From positions 576,001 to 640,000 of the forward strand of contig CAWDDT010000004.1 in NCBI GenBank assembly GCA_963801165.1: a DNA stretch of 64,000 bases, read 5' to 3'. Source of the DNA: an uncultured bacterium. Lineage in GTDB: Bacteria > Actinomycetota > Acidimicrobiia > Spongiisociales > UBA5794. This document shows, piece by piece, positions 18,346-28,753 of this stretch (the stretch's first letter is position 1; each line of letters opens with the position of its first letter). The notes beneath the pieces were generated by a model that saw only the letters and a program-made list of their open reading frames with translations, was not told where the DNA came from and ran no database searches. The translations under genes and the position numbers were made by a program.

Positions 18346-21078
18346 ATGACCGCCGAGACACTGCCGCCTCCGCATTATCCCCAGGGTTGGGATCAGAACG
18401 TTGCATTGCGCGACGGTACGACCGTCCGTATTCGCCCCATCCGGCCCGACGACGCCGATGGTCTCCAGCACATGGTCTCGCGCATGTCGCGGCAATCCGT
18501 GTACCACCGCTTCTTCCAGGTCAAGAAGCGGTTTGAACCGGAGGAGCTGGAGGCATTCACCAATCTCGACTACATGGACCGGATGGCCTTCGTTGCTACC
18601 CGCACCGATGACATTGTCGGCGTCGGCCGCTACTGGCGGGACGAGGACAATCCCGAGATCGCCGACGTTGCATTCGCCGTCGTCGACGCTGAGCAGGGGA
18701 AGGGTATCGCCACCCGCCTCGTGCGCTATCTCACTACGTATGCCGATCAGCAGGGCATCAGTGCCTTCCGCGCCTCGGTTCTTGCGGACAATCACGTGAT
18801 GATCCGTGTCTTCCGCAACGCCGGGTATCCGATGCGACGTGAAGAGGGTGAGGGGCTGTACAAAGTCGAGTTTCCCACGACAGAGATCCCCGTCTTCGGA
18901 AAGTCGGACGAGATCGACGAGCAGAGGGCGATCGCGGCTTCGCTCATGCCCGTCTTCTACCCCAGCGCGGTGGCCGTGATCGGCGCAAGTCGTGACCCTC
19001 TCTCCATCGGTGGCCGTCTGTTCACCAACCTGATCAACGGCGATTACACCGGGCCCGTGTTCCCGGTCAATCCGAAAGCGAACGTGGTCCGTTCCGTGAA
19101 GGCGTACCAGACGATCCTCGATGTACCCGACCGGGTAGACCTGGCGTTCATCGTCGTTCCTTCCCGGTTCGTCAACGACGTCGTGCGGCAATGCGTTGAG
19201 AAGGGTGTGCGAGGGCTGGTGGTGATCAGTGCCGGCTTCTCGGAGACTGGCAAGGCCGGTGCCGAGCTCGAGGATGAGCTGATGGAGATCGTCCGCGACG
19301 CCGGGATGCGGATGGTGGGCCCAAACTGCATGGGGTTGATCAACATGGACAGCGCCGTGTCGATGAACGGCCAATTCGGCCCGCTGTCGCCGCCACCAGG
19401 GAATGTGGCGATGTCCAGCCAGAGCGGTGCGCTCGGCATCGCCATTCTCGACAACGCCACCCAGATGGGGATAGGCATATCGACGTTCATCAGCATCGGG
19501 AATCAGGCGGATGTCTCGGGTGACGATCTCTTGCTGTACTGGGAATCGGATCCGGGCACCGACGTCATCCTCCTGTACATGGAGTCGTTTGGTAACGCGC
19601 GACGCTTTGCCAGGGCGGCGAGACGTATCTCGAAGAAGAAGCCGATCGTGGCCGTGAAGTCCGGAAGAACCGCAGCCGGCGCTCGCGCCGCCTCCAGCCA
19701 TACCGGTTCGCTCGCAAGCCTGGATACCGCCGTCGACACGCTCTTTCGCCAGGCGGGTGTGATCCGGACCGACACACTCACCCAGCTGTTCGACGTCACG
19801 GCGCTGTTGGCCAACCAACCGCTGCCAAAAGGCGGGCGCGTTGGCATCCTCACCAATGCAGGCGGTCCCGCCATCCTCGCGGTCGATGCCCTGGAGGCGA
19901 ACGGGCTACGGGTGGTCGAGTTCAGCAACGATCTCAAGACCGAGTTGCAGGCATTCCTCTCTCCGGACGCGTCGGTCATCAACCCCGTTGACATGATCGC
20001 CTCGGCGGGCCCTGTCGAGTATGCAGCCTGTATCGACAAGCTGCTGTCCTCCGACGAGATCGATGCGCTCATGACCATCTTTATCCCGGCGGCGCCTGAG
20101 GGTGCGGAGGAGATGGCACAGGCGATCCGCGATGCGGCCGCAAAGCACCACGGGGAGAAGACGTTCCTAATCGTTTACATGAGCTCGGGGGGTGCCTCTG
20201 CCCTCTTCGGCACGGGCCAGCATCGGATCCCGACCTTCCCGTTCCCCGAGCAAGCGGCGTTTGCGCTCGCCAAAGCCGTGGAGCACGAGCAATGGCGGCA
20301 GAAGGACGAAGGGGTCATCGTCGATCTCGATGGGATCGACGCCGCATCGGCGCGTACCATCGTCGATGCCGCACTTGACAAGCACGGAGCGGGCTGGCTC
20401 GACCCTGAAGATGTCGAGGGCGTCCTCGCTGCCTACGGTCTGCCTATGCCCGGCTCCGCCATAGCCGATTCGGCTGAGGCCGCGGTGGCCGCAGCCACCG
20501 CGATCGGAGGGCCCGTCGTCATCAAGGTCGTCTCGGATTCGGCTTTGCACAAGTCCGATGTCGGTGGCGTCGTGCTCAACGTCGAAGGGGAGCGCGCCAT
20601 TCGGGACGCCTACGACGCGGTCACCGCCGCCGTCGATGACGCCCAGGGCGTGCTGGTCCAGCAATACGTCGAGGGCGGTCACGAGGTTCTCATCGGGATG
20701 ACAGAGGATCCCAGCTTTGGCCCGCTCATCGTGTTCGGCATTGGCGGCGTGTTCGTCGAGCTCATCGGCGACGTCGCCTTCCGGATCCATCCCCTCACCG
20801 ACCTCGATGCGGCAGAGATGATCAAAGAGGTCAAGGCGGCGAAGCTGCTCCTCGGCTACCGGGGCGGCCCGGCCGGAGACGTGCCGGCTGTGCAGGACGC
20901 ATTGTTGCGGGTGTCGGAGCTGGTCGCCGACCTACCCGAGATCGTGGAGATGGACATGAACCCGGTGAAAGTGGCCGAGCCGGGCAATGGTCTCAGCGTC
21001 GTCGACGCCCGGATCAGGGTACGCCCTGTGAAGGGCCCCTACCTGCCTTCGCGGCGTGACGTGCTGGCTGAGTTGTAG
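18346..21078 (+). CDS. GNAT + NDP-forming acyl-CoA synthetase fusion (Pat-type protein acetyltransferase / acetate-CoA ligase)
   Basis: N-terminal GNAT (EQGKGIAT), CoA-binding (VIGAS, VGPNCMG, SQSGA), SSHTGS and ATP-grasp (HKSDVGGV, DPSFGP, MDMNPV). Confidence 0.9.
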   Translation: MTAETLPPPHYPQGWDQNVALRDGTTVRIRPIRPDDADGLQHMVSRMSRQSVYHRFFQVKKRFEPEELEAFTNLDYMDRMAFVATRTDDIVGVGRYWRDEDNPEIADVAFAVVDAEQGKGIATRLVRYLTTYADQQGISAFRASVLADNHVMIRVFRNAGYPMRREEGEGLYKVEFPTTEIPVFGKSDEIDEQRAIAASLMPVFYPSAVAVIGASRDPLSIGGRLFTNLINGDYTGPVFPVNPKANVVRSVKAYQTILDVPDRVDLAFIVVPSRFVNDVVRQCVEKGVRGLVVISAGFSETGKAGAELEDELMEIVRDAGMRMVGPNCMGLINMDSAVSMNGQFGPLSPPPGNVAMSSQSGALGIAILDNATQMGIGISTFISIGNQADVSGDDLLLYWESDPGTDVILLYMESFGNARRFARAARRISKKKPIVAVKSGRTAAGARAASSHTGSLASLDTAVDTLFRQAGVIRTDTLTQLFDVTALLANQPLPKGGRVGILTNAGGPAILAVDALEANGLRVVEFSNDLKTELQAFLSPDASVINPVDMIASAGPVEYAACIDKLLSSDEIDALMTIFIPAAPEGAEEMAQAIRDAAAKHHGEKTFLIVYMSSGGASALFGTGQHRIPTFPFPEQAAFALAKAVEHEQWRQKDEGVIVDLDGIDAASARTIVDAALDKHGAGWLDPEDVEGVLAAYGLPMPGSAIADSAEAAVAAATAIGGPVVIKVVSDSALHKSDVGGVVLNVEGERAIRDAYDAVTAAVDDAQGVLVQQYVEGGHEVLIGMTEDPSFGPLIVFGIGGVFVELIGDVAFRIHPLTDLDAAEMIKEVKAAKLLLGYRGGPAGDVPAVQDALLRVSELVADLPEIVEMDMNPVKVAEPGNGLSVVDARIRVRPVKGPYLPSRRDVLAEL

Positions 21079-21144
21079 ATCAGGTGCCGAGCTTCGCTCC
21101 GGCTGCCAGAATGGGCACACGCCAGCTTTGAAGGGACCCACCCC

Positions 21145-21753
21145 ATGCGTGTAGTTGACCTGATGACGTCAGACGTCATCACCGCCTCGCCGGATACGCC
21201 GATAAAGGCGGCCGCCCGGCTGATGGTTCGCAACAAGGTGAGCGGCCTGCCCGTGGTTGACGAGAACACCAAGGTTGTCGGCATCATCACCGAGGCCGAT
21301 TTCCTGCGGCTCGAAGTCGCTCGCGAGGAGGCCGAGGATCCGAAACCAGTGGAGCGGGTGGAGCAGGTGATGAATAGGTCGGTGCTCACCATCACCCCGG
21401 ATGCAACCGTGACGGAAGCCGCCCGAATAATGGTGGTTAACGACATCAACAGGTTGCCGGTAACCGACACCAACGGCAGGAGCCTCGGGATCATCTCTCG
21501 TCTCGACGTGGTGGCAGCGTTCACCAGGCCCGATGAGATCATCGAGGATGAGATCCGCGAGGATCTGTTGCGGCGGGTGCTGTTTGTCGACCCCGACGAC
21601 ATAAGTGTCGACGTCACGAACGGTGTCGTCACCTTCAGCGGGGAGATCGGGACCCGCAACGAGGCACGGCTGCTTGCCGAGCTGGCGCGGCGGCTCGATG
21701 GTGTTGTCAAGGTTGCCACCGATCTGACCTGGCGTCTGGATGACGGCGAGTAG
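21145..21753 (+). CDS. CBS-pair + BON domain protein
   Basis: SGLPVVD..VVGIITEAD, RLPV...GIISRLD and C-terminal VTNGVVTFSG...GVVKV. Confidence 0.88.
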   Translation: MRVVDLMTSDVITASPDTPIKAAARLMVRNKVSGLPVVDENTKVVGIITEADFLRLEVAREEAEDPKPVERVEQVMNRSVLTITPDATVTEAARIMVVNDINRLPVTDTNGRSLGIISRLDVVAAFTRPDEIIEDEIREDLLRRVLFVDPDDISVDVTNGVVTFSGEIGTRNEARLLAELARRLDGVVKVATDLTWRLDDGE

Positions 21754-22591
21754 TCCCGGCGAGACCGCATACCTCAGCGCACGGGACGGTATGCGGATCG
21801 CGTATTCGGTGTCGGGCACCGGCCCACTAACCGTTTTCGTTCATGCCACCGGGTTCTGCAAGGAGGTTTGTGAGCCCGTCATCGCCGAAACGCGAAACCT
21901 GGGCGTCGAGCTGAGCGCCCTGGCGTTTGACCAGCGTGCCCACGGTGACTCGGGTGTTCCGGTGCCGCCGTTCGATTGGTGGGATCTCGGCGGCGATATC
22001 GTCGAGCTGGTAGGCGAGTCGGCTCCCGCGATCGGCGTCGGTCATTCCTCCGGGGGTGCGGCCGTGGTGATGGCCGAGTTGCTCCGGCCGGGAACGTTTG
22101 CGGCCCTCGTGTTGGTGGAGCCGATCATCCTTCCCCCTCCGTATGAGCGGCGTCCGGACAACACGATGGCTCATCAGGCGCTGCGCCGGAAGAGGGGATT
22201 CACGAGCCGCCGGGCGGCTCTGGAGAACTTCAAGACGAAGCGGACATTTGCTCACTGGGAAGAACGTGCCCTGCACGCCTACGTCGACGGAGGGTTTCGT
22301 CAGGAAGGCAACCGGGTGGTGCTCAAATGCACTCCTGAGTCTGAGGCTGAGTTCTTCTGGGCGGCGACCACGCACGGCGCCTGGGAACGGCTCGGTGAGG
22401 TGACCGTGCCAACCTTCCTGCTCGCCGGTGAGCACTCTACGACCCATCAGGAGCCGTTTCTCTCCGAGCTCACCGGCCGCTTTGGAGACGGGCGCTCCGA
22501 GATCGTTCCCGGCACCTCGCACTTTGTCTGGATGCAGCGTCCTGCCGTCGTGGCGGAGCATGTCGCGGCCGCAGTCCGCCGGCTGGGCTAG
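21740..22591 (+). CDS. Alpha/beta hydrolase
   Basis: HATGF, DQRAHGDS, GHSSGG nucleophile elbow and SHF catalytic His. Confidence 0.85.
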   Translation: MTASSPGETAYLSARDGMRIAYSVSGTGPLTVFVHATGFCKEVCEPVIAETRNLGVELSALAFDQRAHGDSGVPVPPFDWWDLGGDIVELVGESAPAIGVGHSSGGAAVVMAELLRPGTFAALVLVEPIILPPPYERRPDNTMAHQALRRKRGFTSRRAALENFKTKRTFAHWEERALHAYVDGGFRQEGNRVVLKCTPESEAEFFWAATTHGAWERLGEVTVPTFLLAGEHSTTHQEPFLSELTGRFGDGRSEIVPGTSHFVWMQRPAVVAEHVAAAVRRLG

Positions 22592-22602
22592 CATCGACCT
22601 TC

Positions 22603-23922
22603 GTGCTTTTCACAGAATCTGAGCTCGCCAGGGTTGCCGAGCAGCTATCGGGGGACAAGACGAGGCTGCGCAGCGCATCGATCGCCGTGACCTGCGACCC
22701 GTTTGCGGTCGTCCGCTCCGGGGGAAGGCTGGTGGCGCACAGCACCTACTTCCGCACGCCGGCGGGAAACGAGGTCGCCAGTCTGGGAGTTGCCATGCGA
22801 CTCACTGCGACGGGGGCGGACCGCTTTGCCGGCCTGGAAGCGCAGCTCGCCGATCTGCCGCGGCTGGCAGAGGGGGCCAAGCTGGTCACCGGTTTCTCTT
22901 TCAGCCCCGACGGCCCGTTCTCGCCAGAATGGGCCGGGTTTGGGGCGTGCGATGTCGTGCTGCCCGCGGTGACGGTCACCCGGGACGAGAAGGGCACCCG
23001 GTTGGTGATTGCACTTGCGCCCGGCACTGAGCCCGGGCCGATCCTCGATACCCTTGCCACCCTCAGCCCGTGGGATCCTCCGCCGCCACCCGACCCCGGG
23101 GTGCATACGGTTGAGTCGGTACCCCCGACGAGCGAGTGGCAGTCCGAGGTCGCCGAGGCGGTAGGGGCGATCCGGGAGGGCTCGTTCGAGAAGGTGGTGC
23201 TGGCCAGGTCCGTTCTGGTTCACTCGGAGCGGGCCGCCGACCCGTTCGACCTTGTCTATCACCTCGGTCTGGCCAATCCGGCCGGCTACATCTATGCGAC
23301 CGTCGTTGGAAGCTCCGCTTTCGTCGGTGCCAGCCCCGAGCTGCTGCTGGCTCAGGACGGCAGGAGCATTCGGCTGAATCCCCTGGCCGGCTCGGCTCGG
23401 AGAGGCAAGGGTGACGATGACGTCGCCGTCGGCGAACAGCTCTTGGGAAGTCACAAGGACCGCGCTGAGCACGCCATTGTCGTCGACGATCTGATCGCCC
23501 GGCTCCGACCGCTGACCACCAACCTCGAGTACCCCGAAGGGCCGGCGTTGCGTCGCATGGCAACCGTCCAGCACCTGTCTACAGAGATTGCCGGACAGCT
23601 CGCCGACGACGTCACCACTTTCGACGTCCTCGCCTCGATTCATCCCACGCCGGCGGTCGGGGGCATGCCCCGGGTCGAGGCGCTCGCTTTCATAGACAAG
23701 GCCGAAGGCATGGACCGCGGGTGGTACTCGGGCGGGATCGGTTGGCTCGATCCCCGGGGAGCCGCGGTGGTGACGCTGGCGCTGCGCTGTGCGCTTGTCA
23801 AGGACCGGACGTCGCGTCTCTATGCGGGCAACGGCATTGTTGCGGAGTCAGACCCGGCAGCCGAGCTCGACGAGACGCGGCTCAAATTCCAGCCACTGCT
23901 GACCTTGCTGGCCGCTACCTGA
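22603..23922 (+). CDS. menF: Isochorismate synthase
   Basis: KVVLAR, GASPELL, LAGS, KDRAEH, HPTPAVGG and AGNGIV motifs. Adjacent to menD. Confidence 0.85.
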   Translation: MLFTESELARVAEQLSGDKTRLRSASIAVTCDPFAVVRSGGRLVAHSTYFRTPAGNEVASLGVAMRLTATGADRFAGLEAQLADLPRLAEGAKLVTGFSFSPDGPFSPEWAGFGACDVVLPAVTVTRDEKGTRLVIALAPGTEPGPILDTLATLSPWDPPPPPDPGVHTVESVPPTSEWQSEVAEAVGAIREGSFEKVVLARSVLVHSERAADPFDLVYHLGLANPAGYIYATVVGSSAFVGASPELLLAQDGRSIRLNPLAGSARRGKGDDDVAVGEQLLGSHKDRAEHAIVVDDLIARLRPLTTNLEYPEGPALRRMATVQHLSTEIAGQLADDVTTFDVLASIHPTPAVGGMPRVEALAFIDKAEGMDRGWYSGGIGWLDPRGAAVVTLALRCALVKDRTSRLYAGNGIVAESDPAAELDETRLKFQPLLTLLAAT

Positions 23923-25600
23923 TCAGCTCGCGCACCGCCCGGGTGATCCTGCGATGCAATTCGACGTTTGCGGTGCGGTCGGTCGAAACCTGAATGAGGC
24001 GAGGTGCCGACGGGACGATCGCGATGAGGGAGCCCAGCTCGCTCGCCTCGGTGACGTCGTGCGACTCGATGCCGAATGCCGTGGCCAGATCCGGGAAGTC
24101 GGTTCCGTGCGGTGTGGCGAGGAAGGTCTCGAACACCGCGGGATCGAGCACAGCCGGATCGTTCTGGGGGAGAAAGTGGAAGATGCCACCGCCGTTGTTG
24201 TTGACGACGACGATCGTGATCGGCAGCCCGAGCTGGCAGGCGGTTCCGAGTGCATTGAGGTCGTGAAAGAGCGCAACGTCTCCGAGCAGGACGACTGAAT
24301 TGAGGCCCGCCGCCGCCGCTCCGAGAGCAGTGGAGACCAAACCGTCGATGCCGTTGGCGCCACGGTTGCCAAAAACCCGCAGCTGGCGGTCACTCTTTCC
24401 GCCGAACGCGTCGACGTCGCGGATCGGCATCGACGAACCCAGGGTGATCGCCGAGTGCGGCGGCGCCGCGGCGGCGACCGCGCGTGCCACAGCGGGCTCG
24501 TTGGGAAACGCTGCGGCCGTTACCTGGTCGTCGACTCGCTGAGCGACCCTGGTGTCCAGACTCCGCCAGGCTTCGAGCCAATCGACCGGCGACCGGCGAC
24601 CGACAGCGGCGCCCAATGCTGCTGCCACGATCGTGGGTTCGATCTCGAGGACGGTGCTGGCGCTGTCTGTCGCGTCGCGACTCTGGGTGTCGATCAGTAT
24701 CTGGTCGACGTCGGGATGGTCCTCGAGCCATTGCCATATCGGCTTGGACGTGGGCACCGGTCCGAACCTGAGGACGACCTCCGGTGCCAGCTCGTCGAGC
24801 GCTCCAGCCGCGGCGAGGCGGTCTCCGTAACCGAGCACGTTTGTCAGATCGTGGGCCCCGAAACGCAGGCCAGACAGCGGGTCGGCGAAGACCGGAAAGC
24901 CCAGTGCCGCGGCAAGCGTCGAACAGGCGGTGGCGAAGTCGACGTCGTTGCTTCTGCCGGCGACGATTACCCCCCTCTTGCCCTCGAGCCTGCCGGCTAT
25001 CCCGGCCAGATCGGGTGGCTCCTCGGTTGCAGGCGGTAGCAGAGGGGTAACCGTGGCGGTGACCGGCTCGTCGCGGGCGAGCAACGGCTCGCGGAATGGC
25101 AGGTTGAGGTGTACCGGTCCGGGCGGGACTGCGGTGGCGTGGGCCCAGATGTCGATCGCGATATCCGTAGGAGCTCCGGCGGCGGTGTCCTCGTCGGGAG
25201 CGAGGGCATCAGCGAACATCCGCACCGCGGTGCCGTAGAGGGAGATCTGGTCGATCGTCTGCGGGGCACCCCGGCCACGCAGCTCCTCGGGGCGATCTGC
25301 TGTCAGCACCAGCAGGGGCACGTCGCCGAGTCCTGCCTCGACAACCGCAGGGTGGTACTCGACCGCGGCCGTTCCCGAGGTACACGCGAGGGCGACCGGA
25401 ACCCCGGTAGCCCTCGCCAACCCGAGCGCAAAGAACCCTGCCGAGCGCTCGTCCAGTATCACCCACTTCTTTATGCGCGGCTCGGCGGCGAACCCCGCAA
25501 TCAGGGGAGTGTTGCGCGATCCGGGCGATATGCAGACGTGGTCGATTCCCAGGTCGGCGAGGGCGGAGGCGAGGGCAAATGCAAAGCCGCGGTTGTGCAT
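23915..25600 (-). CDS. menD: SEPHCHC synthase
   Basis: SPGSRNTPL, DERSAGF, CTSGTA, TADRP, NRGANGIDG, GD..LFHD and NNNGGGIF motifs. Confidence 0.95.
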   Translation of the reverse strand: MHNRGFAFALASALADLGIDHVCISPGSRNTPLIAGFAAEPRIKKWVILDERSAGFFALGLARATGVPVALACTSGTAAVEYHPAVVEAGLGDVPLLVLTADRPEELRGRGAPQTIDQISLYGTAVRMFADALAPDEDTAAGAPTDIAIDIWAHATAVPPGPVHLNLPFREPLLARDEPVTATVTPLLPPATEEPPDLAGIAGRLEGKRGVIVAGRSNDVDFATACSTLAAALGFPVFADPLSGLRFGAHDLTNVLGYGDRLAAAGALDELAPEVVLRFGPVPTSKPIWQWLEDHPDVDQILIDTQSRDATDSASTVLEIEPTIVAAALGAAVGRRSPVDWLEAWRSLDTRVAQRVDDQVTAAAFPNEPAVARAVAAAAPPHSAITLGSSMPIRDVDAFGGKSDRQLRVFGNRGANGIDGLVSTALGAAAAGLNSVVLLGDVALFHDLNALGTACQLGLPITIVVVNNNGGGIFHFLPQNDPAVLDPAVFETFLATPHGTDFPDLATAFGIESHDVTEASELGSLIAIVPSAPRLIQVSTDRTANVELHRRITRAVRELIR

Positions 25601-25621
25601 GGGCCCGTCAGGTTACCGTGA

Positions 25622-25666
25622 TTGACCGCCGGGCAACATTGTTCTACTATAACTAGAACAATGTTG
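25622..25666 (+). promoter_or_regulatory. Sigma70 promoter overlapped by a perfect operator palindrome (GntR/YtrA autoregulation)
   Basis: TTGACC-17 nt-TACTAT. Palindrome CAACATTGTTCTA-N7-TAGAACAATGTTG (25634-25666) covers the -10 and the ATG. Confidence 0.8.
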
Positions 25667-26011
25667 TTGAATCTCGATCCGAGCAGCGGACGCTCCCTCT
25701 ATGTTCAGATCGCCGCCGCGGTGCGTCGCGCTGTTGCCGACGGCGACGTGGTGGCTGGTGATCGTCTCCCCGCTGCCCGCGATCTGGCCAAGTCACTCGA
25801 TGTGAACATGCACACCGTCCTGCGCGCCTACAGCGACCTGCGCGATGAGGGCGTCATCGAGCTGCGGCGTGGGCGCGGTGCGATCGTGCGTGCGGGTTCG
25901 CAACCCATTGCCGGCATCAAGCATCTTGTGGCGGAGCTGGCGGCAGAGGCCGGCAGACACGGAGTATCCGCCGAGGAGGTTATAGAGATGATCCACGAGG
26001 AGTTCCCATGA
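25661..26011 (+). CDS. GntR (YtrA-subfamily) transcriptional regulator
   Basis: LYVQI...[11 protein letters not shown]...[21 protein letters not shown] with a short C-terminal helix. Confidence 0.9.
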   Translation: MLLNLDPSSGRSLYVQIAAAVRRAVADGDVVAGDRLPAARDLAKSLDVNMHTVLRAYSDLRDEGVIELRRGRGAIVRAGSQPIAGIKHLVAELAAEAGRHGVSAEEVIEMIHEEFP

Positions 26012-26922
26012 GACGTACGTTGCTCTTCTTCGTCGCACCCACCGTGTTGCTGGTTCTGATGGTCCTCCCGTTTGCGCTCTATTGGTCGTCGCTGCCGGGT
26101 CCCATGGCGATCCACTGGGGTGTCGACGGGGCGGCTAACGGCTCGGCACCTCCGCTGGTGCTCGTTCTGAGCCTGGCCGGTCTGTACTTTGTCATCGCGG
26201 TGTCGATCCAGCGTGTCGTGAATGCGGCCCCGTGGGAGGCTCCCTCGTTCGTCGCCGGGTTGCTCGCGATAGGTGCACTCCTTGCGGCTGTGTCGTGGAT
26301 GTCGGTTCTCGCCAACCGTGATGTGGCCTCGTGGCAGAACGCGGCGTCTGTCGGCTTCCCCCAAGTAGCCATCTTGATCGCGGTCACCGGTCTCGGCGGC
26401 ACGGCCGGTTGGTTCCTCGGCCGGACCGATGCCGCCAGACCCGGCCACGGAGCAGGCGAAGCTCCCCGGTTGTCCGTTGCCGATCCGGCGAGCGCGGTGT
26501 GGTCGGGGAGGGGAGTGGGCAGGCTCGTTACCGCGATCGGAGTCGTTGTCATCGTGCTCGGCGTCGTTCAGTGGGGACTCACCGGGTTGAGCCTGGTGCT
26601 GATCGGGGTGATCGTGCTGATGTTCGCCGCGGTGCGGGTGACCGTCGCCCGGGGTGGTGTGGTTGTCAGTCTCGGTTGGTGGGGTTTCCCGCTCTGGAAG
26701 GTCTCGCTCGATAACCTCGAGCACGCCGAGGCCGAAGACGTCAAGGCGCTCGCCTATGGCGGGTGGGGCTACCGGATTCGCCCCGGGGTGCGGGCCACGG
26801 TGGTCCGGTCCGGCGAGGGGTTGCGGCTCGTCCGTACCAACGGAGCAGACCTCGTCTATACGGTCGACGACGCTGCCACGGGTGCGGGTCTGATCAACGC
26901 CCTTGTCAGCTCCCGGCGGTGA
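26008..26922 (+). CDS. DUF1648-containing membrane protein
   Basis: [17 protein letters not shown], multiple TM segments and YGGWGYR. Coupled to the GntR gene. Confidence 0.8.
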   Translation: MRRTLLFFVAPTVLLVLMVLPFALYWSSLPGPMAIHWGVDGAANGSAPPLVLVLSLAGLYFVIAVSIQRVVNAAPWEAPSFVAGLLAIGALLAAVSWMSVLANRDVASWQNAASVGFPQVAILIAVTGLGGTAGWFLGRTDAARPGHGAGEAPRLSVADPASAVWSGRGVGRLVTAIGVVVIVLGVVQWGLTGLSLVLIGVIVLMFAAVRVTVARGGVVVSLGWWGFPLWKVSLDNLEHAEAEDVKALAYGGWGYRIRPGVRATVVRSGEGLRLVRTNGADLVYTVDDAATGAGLINALVSSRR

Positions 26923-27850
26923 CCAGAGCGTCGGCGATGCGTCGTGCGTTTGTTGTCAGCATGCCGATCAACGTGTCGGCACCGCTACCCGGTGCTCCCA
27001 GTGACCCTGCGTAGAGCTCGATGACCTCGACGGACTTACCCGCCTCCGCAGCCAGGGCATCTGCCAGTGTCGTAGGTTCGGTGGTCTCTGCGAAGATCGC
27101 GGTGACTCCCTCCGCCCGCATCTTGTCTACCAGTGCGCTGAGCTCGGCCGAACTGGGTTCCGCAAGGGTCGATCCGCCCGGGACGACTGCTCCGATGATG
27201 TCGAATCCGTATCTCGCGGCGAAATAGCCGAATGCGTCGTGGTTGGTCACCAGCTTGCGGCGGTCGGTGGGAACAGCACTGAGGATGCTGGTGATCTGTG
27301 CGTCGGCGGAGGTGAGCTCGCTTGCGTAGGTCTCGGCCTGCGCCGCCCAATCGCCATTTGGATCAACGGCTGTGAGAGCGGCGCCAATCTGGCGGGCGGC
27401 CTCGGCGTCACGTAGCGGGTCCATCCAGAAGTGGGGATCTTCGGTGAAGTTCTCGCCATTGCCGTCATTCTGGGCGAAAAGGATTGGGTCGACGTTGGGG
27501 CCGATCTCGAGGACGTTTGCCCCGTCGGCCCTCGCAGCGTCGATTACGTGGCCCAGGCCCTCTTCCAGACCGAGACCGCTGACGATGACGAGGTCGGCTT
27601 CCTGGATCGCGGCCGCATCGCGTGCCGAGGCCTGGTATTCGTGGGGATCCGCGCCGGCGGGGATCAGTGTCGTCACCGTTCCCGAATTGCCGACGACGTT
27701 GGACGCGATGTCGCCCAGCATTGTGGTGGTGGCGAGGACCGAGATCCCCTGCAGGGCGTCGGTATCGTCCCCGCCACCGCACGCCGCGGCGAGAAGCGCT
27801 AGAGCAAGAGCTACGAGGGCGGCCCTATGTCGTATGCCCGATCTGGTCAT
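26906..27850 (-). CDS. Zn/Mn ABC transporter substrate-binding lipoprotein (ZnuA/AdcA-like)
   Basis: LAAAC lipobox; DPHEY, GLGLE, DPHFW and HDAFGYF motifs. Confidence 0.9.
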   Translation of the reverse strand: MTRSGIRHRAALVALALALLAAACGGGDDTDALQGISVLATTTMLGDIASNVVGNSGTVTTLIPAGADPHEYQASARDAAAIQEADLVIVSGLGLEEGLGHVIDAARADGANVLEIGPNVDPILFAQNDGNGENFTEDPHFWMDPLRDAEAARQIGAALTAVDPNGDWAAQAETYASELTSADAQITSILSAVPTDRRKLVTNHDAFGYFAARYGFDIIGAVVPGGSTLAEPSSAELSALVDKMRAEGVTAIFAETTEPTTLADALAAEAGKSVEVIELYAGSLGAPGSGADTLIGMLTTNARRIADALVTAGS

Positions 27851-27871
27851 CGCGTTCTCATCCTTGTTCTA

Positions 27872-27892
27872 TAATGAGAATTATTATCAATA
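27872..27892 (-). promoter_or_regulatory. Zur/Fur-type box
   Basis: TAATGAGAATTATTATCAATA, an AT-rich imperfect palindrome about 20 nt upstream of the metal-binding lipoprotein gene. Confidence 0.75.
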
Positions 27893-27946
27893 GATGGATC
27901 ACGGTACCGCAGAGGGGTCTGTTTGACAAGTGGGGCAATCGGCCGC

Positions 27947-28753
27947 TCAGGCCTTGAGTAACCTCTCAAGACGGCGGGCGGTGATCGTCAGCCCGATCAG
28001 GGTCATAGCCAACAGAAAGGCGATGTGGGCAAGGATGACGAAGCCGACGCTGCCGAGAGTCAGCGCTCTGATGATCTCGACGCCGTGATAGAGCGGGGAG
28101 ATCTGGGCAATGGTACGAAGCACCGGCGGGTAGACACTCAGCGGGTAGAAGGTCGCCGAGAAGAGAAACAGCGGCATCATCACCATGTTGACCATGTCGA
28201 AATCTTGCCAGCTCTTGAGGAACGTCGTCGTGGCGAAGCCGACGGAGGCGAAGGCTACCCCGATGAGCAGGGCAGCCGGTAGGGCCAGGATTGCCCACCA
28301 CGACTGCAGCAGACCCATGACCAGCGCCACGATGAGGAAGGCTCCCGCATAGAGCCCGCCACGGATCTGGGACCAGCCGATCTCGCCGATCGCTATGTCC
28401 CAGACATTCAGGGGGGCGGCCAGCATGCCGTCGTACACCTTCGCCCACTTGAGCTTCCAGAAAATGTTCATGGTCGACTCATACACTGCCCCGTTCATCG
28501 CGGATGCGGCGAGCAGGGCCGGAGCGACGAAAGCGGTGTATTCGACCGGCCGCCCACCCGGACCGGCGACGTCGCCGACGAGCTTGCTGATACCGATCCC
28601 GACGGAGAACAGATAGAAGACGGGCTCGAAGAAGCCGGAGAAGACGATGAGCCACAGGCGGCGGTAGACGAGGACGTTGCGTTCCAGAACGTAATGCGCG
28701 CGGATGCGGCCGATCCGGGGCGGGGCGATGCGACGGTTGACCGTTGTCGTCAT
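27947..28753 (-). CDS. ABC-2 type permease (NodJ-like)
   Basis: SGFFEP, Y.AFVAPALLA, PLFLFSATFYP and PLYHGV motifs. Confidence 0.88.
   Translation of the reverse strand: MTTTVNRRIAPPRIGRIRAHYVLERNVLVYRRLWLIVFSGFFEPVFYLFSVGIGISKLVGDVAGPGGRPVEYTAFVAPALLAASAMNGAVYESTMNIFWKLKWAKVYDGMLAAPLNVWDIAIGEIGWSQIRGGLYAGAFLIVALVMGLLQSWWAILALPAALLIGVAFASVGFATTTFLKSWQDFDMVNMVMMPLFLFSATFYPLSVYPPVLRTIAQISPLYHGVEIIRALTLGSVGFVILAHIAFLLAMTLIGLTITARRLERLLKA

Noticed and set aside
17554-19818. 754-aa minus-strand ORF
   Set aside because: Only 17554..18240 looks real (lipoprotein start); the rest is an antisense shadow of the Pat gene.
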